DNA of 64,000 bases from Ptychomitrium polyphyllum (GCA_973851085.1 OZ316775.1:7874001-7938000), one strand, 5' to 3'; positions 15,201 to 29,041 are shown, counted from the stretch's first letter. Translations and numbers: made by a program. Notes: generated by a model not told the origin, from the sequence alone.

Positions 15201-15625
15201 TCTGTTAAACTCGGACGAAACCATCCTTGTTAGAGGATGAGCAATCAAACAAAACAGTCTGCGTGATCCAAAAGAATCTCAAATCCTTAAACCCTTGAAA
15301 ACCGATCTCAAGATGGGAAAAGTACGATCAGCTGTGCGAAAGGATTCAATACGTAAAGATACAAAATTGTGCACATTGGATCCCATAGGGCCTATCCTGG
15401 ATTCAACCAATGAGATTCAACCAATGAGATTCAAACACAGCAAACACGCACTAGAGAGACTGCAGGCCCCCGACATGTCTTTCGCAACACACCGCCACTC
15501 TGACAAAGCTGTGTCGACGACGACGACACACGCCTAACGTCAGCTCTTCCGGCACCGGACGATGTGAACTTGTCTTGCAACAAAGAAGTCGCCAACCGAC
15601 TTCCGCAAGCCATTGCTATTGCCAT
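12241..15625 (-). CDS. BCAT: Branched-chain amino-acid aminotransferase (PLP class IV), 10 coding exons, probable N-terminal organellar transit peptide; apparent 1-nt frameshift in exon 5 (pseudogene or sequencing error)
   Basis: GT-AG exons encode [100 protein letters not shown] and a last exon ending DWVLELA-TGA (12241-12243). Exons include 15452-15625, 14914-15053, 14455-14629, 14138-14314, 13794-13924 and 13432-13530. Confidence 0.92.
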
Positions 15626-16329
15626 TGCGCCAAACTCTCCTCCCACACCTCGGAACTTGGAACCTCCGCTCCTCCGTCGCCAGGCACTTAACAGCAGAGA
15701 AATTTTGCAATACTCCACGGAAGTGAGCAGGTGATAGCTCAGAACGTACCCCACGATGCCGGGAGGTGGAATATGAGAAAATTCACCGCGAATTCGCAGA
15801 ACCGCGTCCTCCAAACCATGACAATCAAGCAACGCCCCGTGGGCAACCTTCGCACAAGCCCTGCACTTGCCATTCTCGTTCCCTTGTGGTCGCCTCTCTA
15901 AACCCCTCATCCACATTCATCCATCTCTCCTCATCCTCCTCCGCGTGAATCTCGTCTATCATCCATTCCTCAAACTATTTTCTATCCCTCCATCGCCGGT
16001 TGCCATCTACGTTCTCTGGTAGCACCTACTCGAACCTTGACATGACCTCCACCCACCTCAATTCATCCTCCTCTAGAGCAATCTTGGTTCTCATTCATTT
16101 CGAATTTCCATTTTCTGTTCATCTTATTCTTTGAAATACTCGGTTATGCAAATCATCCACATCACGGCCAAACCCCATGTTCGACTAAAAATGTTCGACC
16201 CACTCCACCGAACCTCCGTAGATGCAGCCGGCAAGGAAATCGGACGGTCACTATGATACGCCATTTAAGTTCTAAAGAACCCCAACCGCTCATTCTTTAT
16301 GGCAGTCTATCACGAAAAAAAATGAGGGG

Positions 16330-16391
16330 TCCACGTCAGATTCTGATCGAGATATCTGCTAAATTAGCATTTTAATCTTCCACGTCAGATT
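16330..16391. promoter_or_regulatory. Duplicated TCCACGTCAGATT element (TGACGTGG, Hex or C/G-box-type bZIP site) in the BCAT-GCN2 intergenic region
   Basis: Identical 13-mers at 16330-16342 and 16379-16391. The ACGT-core octamer matches a known plant bZIP site class. Confidence 0.5.
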
Positions 16392-17135
16392 TCTACCCGG
16401 CTCAGCCAACCAGCCTGCGTCTTCAAGCTTTGATGCTTGCGAGTCAGCTATGGAAGCCGAGACTTTGCCTGAGGTGGCGATGCGAGGTCTGCCCCATGAA
16501 GAGCGATGGATTCTCCTTCAGAAGCCACAGATGTGCGCCTCGAACATAGCATGAAAGGCATTCTCTAGTTCTTGGATTTCGATTCGGTTTTCTTGGCGGA
16601 GCATTTGGACCTCTGTGGCGGATTTTCGAGTCGTTCAAGGTTTTGCTTGAATTAGGTGCGTTTCTTAAGCCCTAATTTTTTTCGTTTCGCTTCTTAGCGT
16701 GAAGCTGATCGATTACGATTGCGGTTTGCTGTGCGTTCTAGTGTTGATGTGGATTCGTTTGGCTGTTTTTGACGATTACGTGAGGTGATCGGTATAGGTA
16801 ATTCTAGAGTTCCAATTCAGTGGATGGTTCGTTGTTGATGGTCTAGGATGGAGTTGGATGGTACTACGGTACTCAATGTGGTGGAGGCGATGAGATGATG
16901 ATATCATGAGTTTTGGCAATGGACTAGGATTCGGAATTGCAGTGTTTAGTGTGGTTGGACTTAGGTTCCGGAGGTGATGGGAATGAGAAGGATAGAGTGA
17001 TTTTCTGTATATATGAATGTGGCTCAAGCAGCCTTTGTGAAACCAAGGATGCTAGGCGTTGTCCTGGACGTACTGTAGAGCCGGGAAAGCTTATTTTGAT
17101 TCTGCGTTTTGCCTTGTGCAGGTGGTTGTGATCGC

Positions 17136-17212
17136 ATGGACTTTTGTGAATTTGAAGACTCATAGATGGCATCTTGATGTTGGTTGTTGGTTTTCATCAT
17201 GCCGTCCAATAA
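17136..17212 (+). promoter_or_regulatory. Three chained uORFs in the GCN2 start-codon exon
   Basis: uORF MDFCEFEDS* at 17136-17165; MAS* at 17166-17177, starting directly after the TAG; and MLVVGFHHAVQ* at 17177-17212, starting in TGATG and overlapping the main ATG (17199) out of frame. All lie downstream of a TTGTGCAG acceptor ending at 17121. Confidence 0.6.
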
Positions 17213-20200
17213 AACTAGCCGACGGAATAAACGTCCTGCTAAGCATAAAGCTCGGCAGTCGCTGAAAGAGCGTGCGTCTGATTTTTGGGACTCTTCGGAC
17301 GTGGTTTATGACGAGATTACAGCTTTGTAAGTGACTTTCTAACTTCTTTCTTTGGTTGTCTAAGTTTGTGATAGAGGTTACCTTGTTTACGAGGTATACG
17401 GAGTGAAGCTTCTAAAATGATTTGTTGAATGCGTATCGCATTTTGCAGATCCGCGATTTTCCAGGAAGACTTTAATCTTGTGTCTGAGAAGCCTGTCGCG
17501 GAGTTCTCCATTCAGCTTCGGTAAGTCAACTTTGTGGTACACATTAAGCAGTTCATGATTAGACTTGGTAGCTTGAGAAAAAGAGTGGCAATTTCGTTTT
17601 TGGAGGTAGTGTACGAATGAGGATGAAATGCAGCTTAGAAGTGACCAGACCTATTTTGTAGATGAGGCATGATCCTCAAACCAGGTTGCATTAAAGAGTA
17701 AAGTTGAAAGCTGATGTAGTGACATGTTAGTGCGTTCTGTTAATGTGTCTGCAGACCACATTCAGTGAATCAGGATGATGACGAAGATGCATCTTCAGAG
17801 CTCGTTGTCAGGTAATTCTAGAGAACGTCTCTGTCCTCGATCTGTTGATTGGATCTGTCAAATGATTGTTTCTTTATTCAACCATGAGTTACTGGTGGGC
17901 GTGAAATGCATTTAGAGTCACAAAAGTGATATTGCAAACTTTTCTATTTGACCACAGCTGTTTGAAGCTTGTGATGAAATTACGCTGAGGATTATGTGGA
18001 TGGCTCTTTAGAGGGGGATTGTTTCTTCTACGTGAGCAATGTATTTTTAATCACTGTTGTTTGCAGGTGTCTACCTGGATATCCACATAAGCCACCCAAG
18101 TTGACTGTGGTAGCAAAGAAGGGGCTTTCAAATGAGCAATCACACCGTCTTCATTCTTTGCTTGTAGAGCAGGTTCGTCATCCAGGCTAAAGCGGTTCAT
18201 CTCGTTTGATACGTTTGATTTATTATAGTTGTATCTCATATAAGTACGTTCAGCTTCACATCATCCTGTGAAAAAGTACAATCAACTATGTGCTATTTGA
18301 ATTTTATACCCTGTCTATGTAGCCCTTTAGGTTGCTAAGTTCCTCATAATGGTACTGACTTTATCATGCTGTTCTGACCATAGGCGGCGTCGTTGGCAAG
18401 GGAAGGTCGGGTAATGGTCTTCAACTTGACCGAGGCTGCTCAAGAATTCCTGTCTGAAAATCGACCAATCAAGTCAGCGCTTCAGCGTCAGTCAATCGGC
18501 AGTCAGGAAATTTCATTGGAGGAGAATTTAACACATTCCTCTTGTGGAATATCCTTGGAGGCAAGAATCCATGCTCACAGATCAATCTATCAGCTTGATG
18601 TTTAGTTTATTTTGTCAATAACGATGCATTTGTTAGATCCTGATATCCTAATGGTTTGTGCTAATAAGGATTTAATGAGTCCCTTGTAGGTTGTAGAATC
18701 CACACATATGAAGCTCATGAAGTGTTTTTCAGGGCTCCCTTACAACATCGACAGAAGCAGAAAATGATGGAGGGCTCTCCGAGGATGTTGTGTTCTTTGA
18801 CCTTTTTGGAAGAAACTGGGTTGAGAATGATAATCATTGGGATGAAGGCCTTGCTCCTACACCTACTAAAAGTCAGATGGAAGAGCTTGACAGCTTGAAA
18901 AATAAAAAAGGCAGGAAAATTACAGATATAAAGACTCGTCGTGTATTTGGTGAAGTGAATGAAGATGCTAGATCAAACAATGGAGGACTGTTGAAGGGAC
19001 CTATACAAGGTGAAGGTGCTCTCAGAGAACTGGACAAAGAACTGGCATTACAACTTCCAAAAGATAACCACTCGAAGACTGTATCGGATATCCTACAGAA
19101 AGTTCGGAGAAGAATCTATCAGAGAAGTCTGACTGTGAAGGTGAGGACGCAGAAGAGAAGACATGGATGTTGTATCTTGTAGAACTATGGGTTGTTAACC
19201 GACCTTCTGATGAGTTGTTAGATTATAATATGTTGGCCTCTCTTTGCTCTTCATAAATCGGAATGTTGCCTGCAACATCCTTGTTTGTAGGAGTTATTTC
19301 ATCTCTCTTTACTTACTCAGATATGTCCTTGACTTTGAAGCAATCGGTACTTCTGGATCAAAGTTCTAGTACTTCTGAGGATTTCGATGATGATGACGAT
19401 GACGAAGATGGTGATTCAGAATCGACGTCTGATGATGAGCTACCTACATCTACAGTCCATCAAGATGCTGTGACAAAATTGATTCAAAAAGATCTTGTTC
19501 TGGTATATATTCATTCAGTCGTCCAACAGGGGTTTTTTTGTATGCTTCTTGACTGTTCAATACTGATGTTGAAGGACATGAATAGTCACACTAAGGATTT
19601 GGTACTCTGGAAGTGTACAGTATCTGTTATCTCATCAGTTCATTATGGTTGTTGTCCGCTTGTACGGTTGCACAACGGATGTTACATATGAGAGACTTGA
19701 TCGATCTACTACTGGCAATGTATCAATTTTATTGTTTACTTCAGAATAATTGACAAGCTTGTTTCGTCTTTTTGTCTAGTTCTGGTAATATTTGATTTCT
19801 CGTTGTTTAGGGGTACCAGAGTAAGATGACTTGATTCCTGGCAGGCTCATCTGCTGCGATTGGTTTGTGGAGCAAGAGGCCCTTTACCTAATACACTTCC
19901 AACCTTGGCCACGCAATTAGAACACCTCGGGGTAATCTCTCAGATCAAGTTTATGCACCTCAAAACAAGAAAATTAGTTTCTCAAGTGGGAGCTCTAGTT
20001 TGTCAAGTAACGTCTTATGACAATTTGAAATTATCAGCTGATTTGTATCAGTGTGAAGTTCTTTTAAGTTGGATTCTAAAGCTGTGCACTATGTTCACCT
20101 TCAACTTACATAACCTGTGTGTGTGATTCAGATTTTGCCACAGTGGGTCAAGGATTTGGTGGCTCATCAACCTGATGTCTTTGATGCTACCTTTCGAAAA

Positions 20201-23200
20201 TCAGTCCTACCACAAGCTACTGACATTAGTTTGCCAGATCTGGACCCTTCTGTAAGTCTAGAACCCTTCTACCCGTGAATATTCTTGATATATGTGGACA
20301 CAAGAGGTTTATCTGGTTTTTGATGACTCATTTACAGAATGTGGCACTCATATAGAATGCCGCGCTCCACAAGTTTCGCAGTCTTAATGAAGGCGTGTGA
20401 CAGATAAATTAGTCTGTTGCTAAACATGATCAATTCAACTTGCAGATTCAACCATCTGTGAGCCACTTTTGGGATGCCAGTCCGGATCTTTTAGGGGCGG
20501 GCAATACATCAAACTCACGATACTTATCTGATTTTGAGGAGATCTCATTGCTGGGTATGGTTGATTACCCTGGCTTGTTCAATTTGAAGTTCAAATTATC
20601 CTGCCTACAATCTATAATGCTGCGCAAATATCTTTAAGGGTTGGGATGCTAAGTTTTTGGGGACGTATTCTTACAGACTGGTGATTCGTTTTTGCAGGAG
20701 AGGGAGGTTTTGGACATGTGGTATTATGTACTAACAAATTGGATGGTAGACGATATGCCATGAAGAAAATTCGTCTAAAAGTGAAAACTTTGTCACAAAA
20801 TAACAAAATTTTAAGGTTTGTGCATTTTCATTATAATAACTAGTTCAGTTATTCGGTCGAGCGTTGGAGGAGATTGGTGGTCCATAGGCACACTTACAGT
20901 AATTTTGTCAATTTGCTTAATTTGATTGTGAGGTACTGCTAGATAATTAATGGTAATAGCTAGATGCATTCTTTTTGAAGCAGTTGACTAAAGTAGTGCA
21001 GATTAATATGATGATGATTCAAGATTACATTGTCTCTAAGATGTCTTCAAGGTCACTTCTATCATTAGGGTTTTTTCAATTTAGAGCAACTCATGGTATG
21101 AGAATATCGGTTCTTGTGACTTACCAAAAGTGAGTTTTGCACAGGGAAGTAGCAACATTGGCTCGCTTACAGCATCACCATGTGGTCCGATACTACCAAG
21201 TAAGTAACGTATTGATATGAAGATGCGTGTTTGACATTATTTTTTGTTACCTTAATTCGCAACTGTAGAAATTATTGATCGAGATTATAATTTTTGGACG
21301 TATAACGTGTATAAAGCGCTAATCTTTATTTAATCACTGATTGCTTCCAGGCATGGATAGAAACTGGGATGGGTTCTGTCATGGAGAAATGGAAAAACGG
21401 GTCTGAAGTCACCGATAGTGAAGATGACTGGCTTTCAAATGATCAGATAGGAAGTTCAGATCCAAGCACTCGACAACTTTGGAAGAGTGGGTCAGGGCCT
21501 GCTCAGACTACATATTTGTACATACAAATGGAGTATTGTCCAAAGTAATTCTTCTCTCATGTTCTCGCAGAGGTTTTTATTTGTTGTAGTTGTTAGGAGC
21601 TTCTGAATTTTTACGGCTGAGAAGTATTATTTAGTATTAAAGGATCAGCTTTAGGTTACTCACATATTTTCATGCTTCATGCTAAAATGTGAGTTTATAG
21701 TTATTATGGATTTTTTTGCTCATTATCTTTCTCTTGCGTGTGCGTGCAGAACATTACGAGAGGTTTTCAGTACATATGCAGGGCCAGTTGACAAGGAAGC
21801 AACGTGGCGGATATTTCGTCAGATTGTGGAAGGATTGGCTCACATTCATAGTCGAGGCATCATACACCGAGATTTGACTCCAAACAATATTTTTTTTGAT
21901 TCACGCAACGATATTAAAATTGGAGACTTTGGTCTTGGTATTTACCACCACATTGAACTACGGATATGTTTTCTTTGTGATTTTGAAGTGATGCTGAAAT
22001 GTATTCAAGTACCTTCATGAAGAGGTTGAGATGATCTAAGACGATGCGGATGTGAACGCAGCCAAGTTTGCAAATTTGGAGCCAGATTTGGATCCGAATT
22101 CATTGGCTTCTGTAGACAAGACCAGTGGTTCACTTGATGGCACTGGAGCTGTTGGTACATACTTCTATACGGCGCCTGAAATTTTGCAAGGTTGGCCCCA
22201 CATTGATGAGAAGGTGACCCCTTTGAACTTCATACATGTTGGAAAGAACTCTATGATCTAATATTGTAAACTTTTGATACAAACTTTGCAAAGCGGTAGG
22301 TAGGTGTATGGACTCTATATCGACTACAGTCATTGGTTGTACGATTTGTACAAAGTCTATTACTCCTTCTTTCGTCATTGACAATTCGAGGAAGCCTTTG
22401 TTGTAATAACTAAAGCACTGTGTTGATCTTAATGTTGATTGAAGCGGCCAACAATTTTTATTATCCACGTCTGTTTCTATAATTCTAGCGTAGATAGTTC
22501 TTTTATGTGTTTCCTATTGTGTGCGTAGGTGGACATGTACAGCCTCGGGGTTGTATTGTTTGAGCTTTGGTATCAGTTTTCAACTGCTATGGAGCGGTAC
22601 GTTGTATTGAATGACCTCAAAGTGAAAGGTATGTTGCCGTCCACGTGGTCTGCAGAATTTGAGTCTCAAGCGAAGCTAGTGAAGTGGCTGACAACTGCTC
22701 AACCATACGACCGACCATCGGCTGTTCAGCTGTTGCGTAGTGAACTTATTCCTCCTCGAATGCAAGACGAAGCACTTAACGGTAAGTGTTATCTAATTAT
22801 TTTCTTAATTCTATTTTTATGATACCTTTATTCTGCTTTTATTTTTTCTTATTGAGATTTTTTAGAAATGCTTTATCTGGAATTTGTATCTGAAGGTGAT
22901 GGGCAGTCCACGTTGCTGAGTGGAGCACGGACTTCGTTACGGCTTGCGACATTGGTAGATCTTGTGATTCTAATACTAAGGACTTTCTATGATTTGGCTT
23001 GTGGCTGCGAGCAGACATTTTACGAACAATTCAGAACACTGAAGACACGACTGTATGTGATCAAGTAGTAGCAGCTATCTTTGATGATGACCGTTTGACA
23101 GAAATAGCTGAACACGCTGACCGACTACGCCCCAAGTCAAAGCATCATTGCCCTCCTGTGAAAAAGGTTGAAGTTCAGGAGTGGGTTCTAGAGTGTGTAA

Positions 23201-26200
23201 AGGAGGTATTCACACGCCATGGAGGCCGACCTGTTGAGAGTACAGAAATTTCGGTTCTGGATGACCCTAAGCATGTCAATCGGTATGTTTCATTGTGTGA
23301 CAAGCTAAAGCCTGCTCTTTCGAAAGCTTTAAAAGAGTCTTGATACGGTCTTGATACGGTCTTGAAACGGTCCGATGTTTGTGTGTTGGAGTTAACGATG
23401 TAACTTGCGGTGCGCGAATTGTACGGACATTAATGTTTACATGAAAATCTGGTATTTTGGTTTTTATTTGGCGCTCCAACTTGTTTTTTATCCCTAGCGT
23501 GTGTGTGTGTGTGCATTAGTTACATGTGGGTATCAAACTATCGTCTAAACTAGGGTGATTATTCCCAATTTGAGAGTCTTTATTGACCAAAGATTTTACT
23601 CGCTGGATGGGTTACCAGGCTTGCTGTGAAACTATTAGATTCATCAAGCAACATGCTTCAACTTCGTTATGAGACGCGCTCGTCTTTTGCTTGTTGGATT
23701 GCTGTAAATCAGGTTCGCATACTACCAGGATCTCCAGAAGACGTCTTTGGGTTTGAATGGAATTTCCATTTTTCTTTTCTCATTGTGAATCTCATCTAGC
23801 TTACGAAGACGGTTCGTGTGTTTGTGTATGATGAATTGTAGTATTTGTTGAGTCTTCTTTATAATTGATCTTTTATTCTTACGAGAGTGAGACCTATTTT
23901 ATTTAGTATAATTCTAGTTATTTCTGAGGTGCTTTAGGTTCTGCCTGCTGTTGACTCCAATGGCGTTTATTGCTCTATGTCAGCCAACATCACTGAAGCG
24001 CTATCAAATATCCAGAGTCTACCGGCGTGGTGTCGGGAACAATGCTCCTCATGGATACTTCCAGGTCAGTACTTGGTGCATCAGTCGGATGCTCTGTAAT
24101 CCCTGGTAGGATTGGTAGTGTACGTAATTTCTACCGATTACAATTTGTCACTGTATTTCCACACTCATGCTTAACGTGTGAATCTAGGGCGATTTCGATA
24201 TTGTTGGAGGTTCCCGCTCTTTGGCAGAAGCAGAAGCAATCAAGGTGCGATATGTCTTAAAACACTTAGACATGTAGTTTCTCTTGCAGTCCTGGAATCG
24301 ACAATTGACTCTTATGCTGAAGGTTCTCCTTCATGGATATGCCTCTGCTTTTCCTGAAGGTCCTCTTGCAGGCATCGAAAGCTTGCATTATACTTTTTTT
24401 TTTGAGAATATCAGCTAACTCGGAGACAACAGGTTGCAACCGAGGTGATATCCAAGTTTTCAATCTTGGAGTTGGATGAAGTGCGAGTGAATCACCGGCA
24501 TTTGTTGAATGCTATTTGGGGCTGGGCAGGTGTTAAGCTCAATGAGAGACTTCAGATTGCCCAGGTTGATAATTCGGTTGATATCTTTTGTTGGCAACCA
24601 CTGACAAGTTGCCGTTTGATTAATATTGACATAATTCTGCCTTTTTATGTGCTTCTGAGTGTAAGACTTGATTTGGTTGTGAGCTCTTGAGCAAGTTACT
24701 AGTTTGGTGTACATAAGAATGGTTTTAATGTTATAACATTCAGGTCTGAAGTAGGACGGGGCATAAATAAATTGCACAGGACAAAATGTCCTGGCAGAAA
24801 GCTAGGTGGAGTTCTTTATTCTTGTTGTTTCAGAATGTTTATTGGTTGACTCCAGCCAATCCATGGATTGACACCCTATGTCGTAAGCCAATCACAACAT
24901 GTCTTTCATCCATATATACCCTAAGTGGGGATTGCTGGTGGTTGAAGACCAGTTTTATTGATTGCCTTCTGTGCAGGTTCTCTCTACCATGGGCGGCAAG
25001 TCACCTCGATCAACCGCTCGTGAAGTACTTTGGCCGGACGTTCGGAGACAGCTCTTAGAGGTAAGTTGTAGAAAACTGAAATCCACAGGTCATTTTCTGT
25101 ATCTGTCCCTCAGGCTAAACACCTTGTCATTTGCAGCTTGAGCTTACGTGTCCTTTTGATTTTAATATTAGTTTTCTCTTTTCAATGCCATTGTGTGTTG
25201 TTGGGCTTGCTTTAGAACAGGGGGGGATTGCTGCAACAATAGTGGATAAGTTGCAGACAGTGGAGCGCCGTCTGAGTGGCACTGCTGATGAAGCTCTTGC
25301 TCGCCTACGAGGAGCTTTGCCTTCCAGTGCGTCTTCCTATTACTTGCCAATTTGTCAATTGTCATTTACATCCTTGTTTGAATGCATGTTAGTTATATAA
25401 CGAGGTTCATATCCAAAACAGGAAATTGTTAAGTGCACATTACAAAGTTCGTGTAATGATTTGCTATATACCCCCGATACTCTCCTCTTGCAGCAGTAAA
25501 TAAATGCCATTTTATATGAAGTCTGTCTATTCACTTATTGCGCAGGTCCTGTGACGTCAGCTGCATTTGATGAGCTCTCTATGCTTCTGGGGTTCTTAAG
25601 AATGTGGGGCATTGAAAAAGTTGTCAATATTGATGCTCTGATGTCACCCACAGAGGAGTACTTCGATGCGATCTATTTTCAGGTCGCCATTTCTCTACAA
25701 ACCAGCATGCTTAGTATTACGTATTCTTTAAATAAAAAATGAAGTTCAATTGAGTAAATGGAACGATGCTAACATTTCATCTCCTGAAAATAATTCCTAT
25801 TTTAATTGAGTGGCATCTGATCGTTCAGAATAGGCCAGTGTAGCGGTTTAATGTGTATTTTTCAATCGGTTGTACCGAATGCATTTTCTCTTGATGCATA
25901 TGATGGCCACTTCTCACTACAGAAGCCGAATAATTTGAGCTGTTGTCTTGCACTGCAGATACATGTCAAAAAGGCTAGCTCGGGCTCTTCAACACGAGAC
26001 ACAATACTACCTGTTTGCCTAGCAGTGGGTGGTTGTTACGATCGTCTCCTTCATAGATATTGGACATCCAATTTGGTGAGTTGCGACCATTTGATCTCCT
26101 CGAAGAGACTCGGATTTGTATGCATTGATCAGAAGTGGAAAAGGCAACGTGACGACAGCCAAATGAATGAAACCGTTAGTTCATACTAGTGAGTGATTGG

Positions 26201-27314
26201 CACAGGACTGTGCCATATGCTCGAATGCAGAAAATTTACTTCTTGACTTGTTTTCCTGCAGGCATATCCTGCACCAGGCATGGTGGGTCTGAGCATTGCA
26301 GTACAAAAGTTGATTTCTATCGCAACAGCAGAAAGGTGAAAATATTTTCCAGGAATTTGGACTCAAGAAGGAAGAGTGAAACTGAGAGCGTAATTTTTGT
26401 TTCGACAAATCGCAGTCAATATGTACCTCTGGTTTTGTCACCCTACTGGTCATCATATTTTTGTACCAAGTACAGCAGATGATTTACTAGTGACCTCTCC
26501 GGCATGTTGGATATTAGGACATTGCCGATATCAGTGGTTGCAGGGATGTTGTGTGATTACTGTTCGAGATGTGTATGCTGCTCAAAAGTTGGAAAAAGGT
26601 GACTTAATGATGTAAAATTATGCGATATATTGCAGAAATCTTGAAACGGGCACAGAAGTCCTGGTCTGTAGCCGTGGAGGAGGTGGACTTTTAGCAGAGC
26701 GTATGGACATTGTAGCTCGATTGTGGGCAGCAAACATCAAGGTGTGCTTCATGTTGTGCACTACTGTTTTGTGCCTATCTACTTAGAGATCCTTGTTTTC
26801 TCATGTATTTTTGAATGTCGCTTGATCTAGTCTTGAGGAACATTATTAACTGACGTCAGCATTTGTTCAATTTACAGGCAGAGTATTTGTGCAACTTAGC
26901 ACCCAGTCTGACAGAGCAGTATGAGTATGCCCACGAACATGGCATCAAGTGGTTGGTGATCATTACCGAGGCAGCTTTATCTCTCCAGCAGACTGTAAAG
27001 GTAAATTTTTCTCTTTCAATTGGCTTTTTCTTGAGTAAAATCTAGGTACGATGTTGTGATGTTCACGACGCTCTCTGTTACTGTTACTCCACAAACGTTC
27101 TGTGCCCGGTTGTGTTTCTCAAGCTGCACTAGCTTTTAGTGCTTTTCTTCGTGCATAAACTGCCGATGACTTATGTTTGAATTTTCTGGCCATTCGCTAG
27201 GTCCGGCATCTGGACCTGAAAATCGAGGAAGAGGTGTATCTTGAAGGTCTGGTTGAGCATTTGCTGACCCCGAATAGCCTGAAGAGACGGTCTAGTCGCC
27301 ATGGTCTATACTGA
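17199..27314 (+). CDS. GCN2: eIF2-alpha kinase GCN2 (RWD, kinase, HisRS-like and anticodon-binding domains), 29 coding exons, reading frame intact
   Basis: Spliced translation gives MPSNKT...DEITAL|SAIFQED, RCLPGYPHK, AREGRVMVFNL (RWD); SRYLSDFEE, GEGGFG, YAMKKI, REVATLARLQH, LYIQMEYCP, HRDLTPNNIFFD, IGDFGLAKF, GTYFYTAPE, DMYSLG (kinase); QGDFDIVGG, LAVGGCYD, VLVCSRGGGGLL, SLTEQYEYA, VKVRHL. Stop TGA at 27312-27314. Confidence 0.96.
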
Positions 27315-29041
27315 AGGTATATTACCTTTGTGTTAGTTGGATGTTGTTCCTTATGCTAATGAGGCATGTGGGGGATCCACTCATCTCTGATGTGGTTTTA
27401 AAGTTGACGATTTGTACGAAGTTCTCAATAGACGTCAAATGGCTGCCTAAGAGTGCAATTTTGATGAAGGCATCCAACTGGTGATCAGTCAGATCACAGT
27501 GTACGCACGGTATAAAACCCATTATTGGGAAGCACTAGGCTATCATAGTTCATTCAGATCAGGTAATCAGATGCATCTGCTTTCTGCATATAGAGAAACC
27601 AGTATTCTAACAATTAACTAGTGTAGTCAAATGCCAATTAACAACCTTGTTTGTTGCAAGTATTCTTTAAAGTATCGACTTTGAGTAAAAATTGAGGTGT
27701 TGTTGGTTTTTGCTATCTTTGCAAATGATCCTGAAACTTTTCCTGAGAGAAATGCTTAATTCCAAGGACTGAAGTAGTCAACGTTGATTGACGGAATACT
27801 GCTTGGTTTTGCAATTTATGGGTGTGGTGACGGACACTGGAGGGAAGGATTATGACATTCTGGTGGACACCCAAAATCCTTCGAATTCCTCACTTCTGCT
27901 CAAACATGTACTCCATCTGTTCTGCTACAGTGGATGCTGCACTGCCCTCGTCCTCTACCTGAATATATGTGATACCCAGCTAGTCTGGTAATCAAACTCC
28001 TGCCTTCAGCGTTACGTGAGTATAGATTGGTCATATCTTTCGACTCTCATACAGTATAGTCCTGTAGTGACTCATAGAGAAAACAAATTATCTGTTTTAC
28101 CCGTAAATGATTCAGCTCAGTCCAACATCACCATTTACAGGCCCACACGCATCAAACTCAGCCTCTTCCTCAGAAGCCTAAATTTACACTCTCCACTCGA
28201 CTGCAGTTGCATGTGGACGTCCAATCTTAACTAAACACTTTGCAGGAAACTCCCCTAGTCATGTGGAGCACTTTCACCACAAAGCTGAGTAGTCCATCCA
28301 TTTGACCGAGGCTGTAATATTTCATTACGTTGAATATAACAAAATTGCATCCACTTGCATTCGCAATCGACACCAGGGATCAGATTCTCCCGCCACGACG
28401 CGGCACCTGCCACTTCCACCAACAAGTCAGCGCCGTCTCGCCTTTGCTCATTGGCTGCTCTCGCCTAGCGGGCTAGACAACCACAAGCAACTGCAAGCAG
28501 ACAATAAGATTTACATCCCCCGCCACGATTCCCTCCACATCACATAGTGGTAGCCTGCAGTTATTAGTCCCACAGATGGCGATTCAGTCGGATCCAATCC
28601 GACTTTTTTAGCAAGCCTATCGGAATCTAGCAACCGAGTGATCGATCACCACCACGTTAACGGCGTCGATCGACTCCAGTGTTGTATGTCCATCGATTGA
28701 CTCGAGTATTCTAGCACGTAGATCGACCTGAATGGTCGCCCGCAGATTCCTCAACACGCCACAAGCTCCCAGGCCACTGATCCTAAAACCTTGAAAAGAA
28801 TCGATTCACCTTCAAGTAATTCACTTCCGTCTTGGTGTATAGGACTGAGCGATCGAGGGGCACTAGAGCGTCCGTAGAGATCGAGGAGCAGAGAAGCTGG
28901 CCCTTGGGTCGCCCATCTGTAACATCCTACTCGCCGATGCTCAAGCTCCCCTCGCAGACATCGAACGCATACTTATCAGGTTCATCCTAGGCAAAGATTT
29001 TGTGCTCACGTGGGTTACTTTTTTGTCGAGTCGATTGAGCA

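Noticed and set aside
28586..28609. Hairpin AGTCGGAT-CCA-ATCCGACT followed by a T run, like a bacterial intrinsic terminator
   Set aside because: It is in a plant nuclear promoter region and an 8-bp stem can arise by chance. No associated RNA gene was found.
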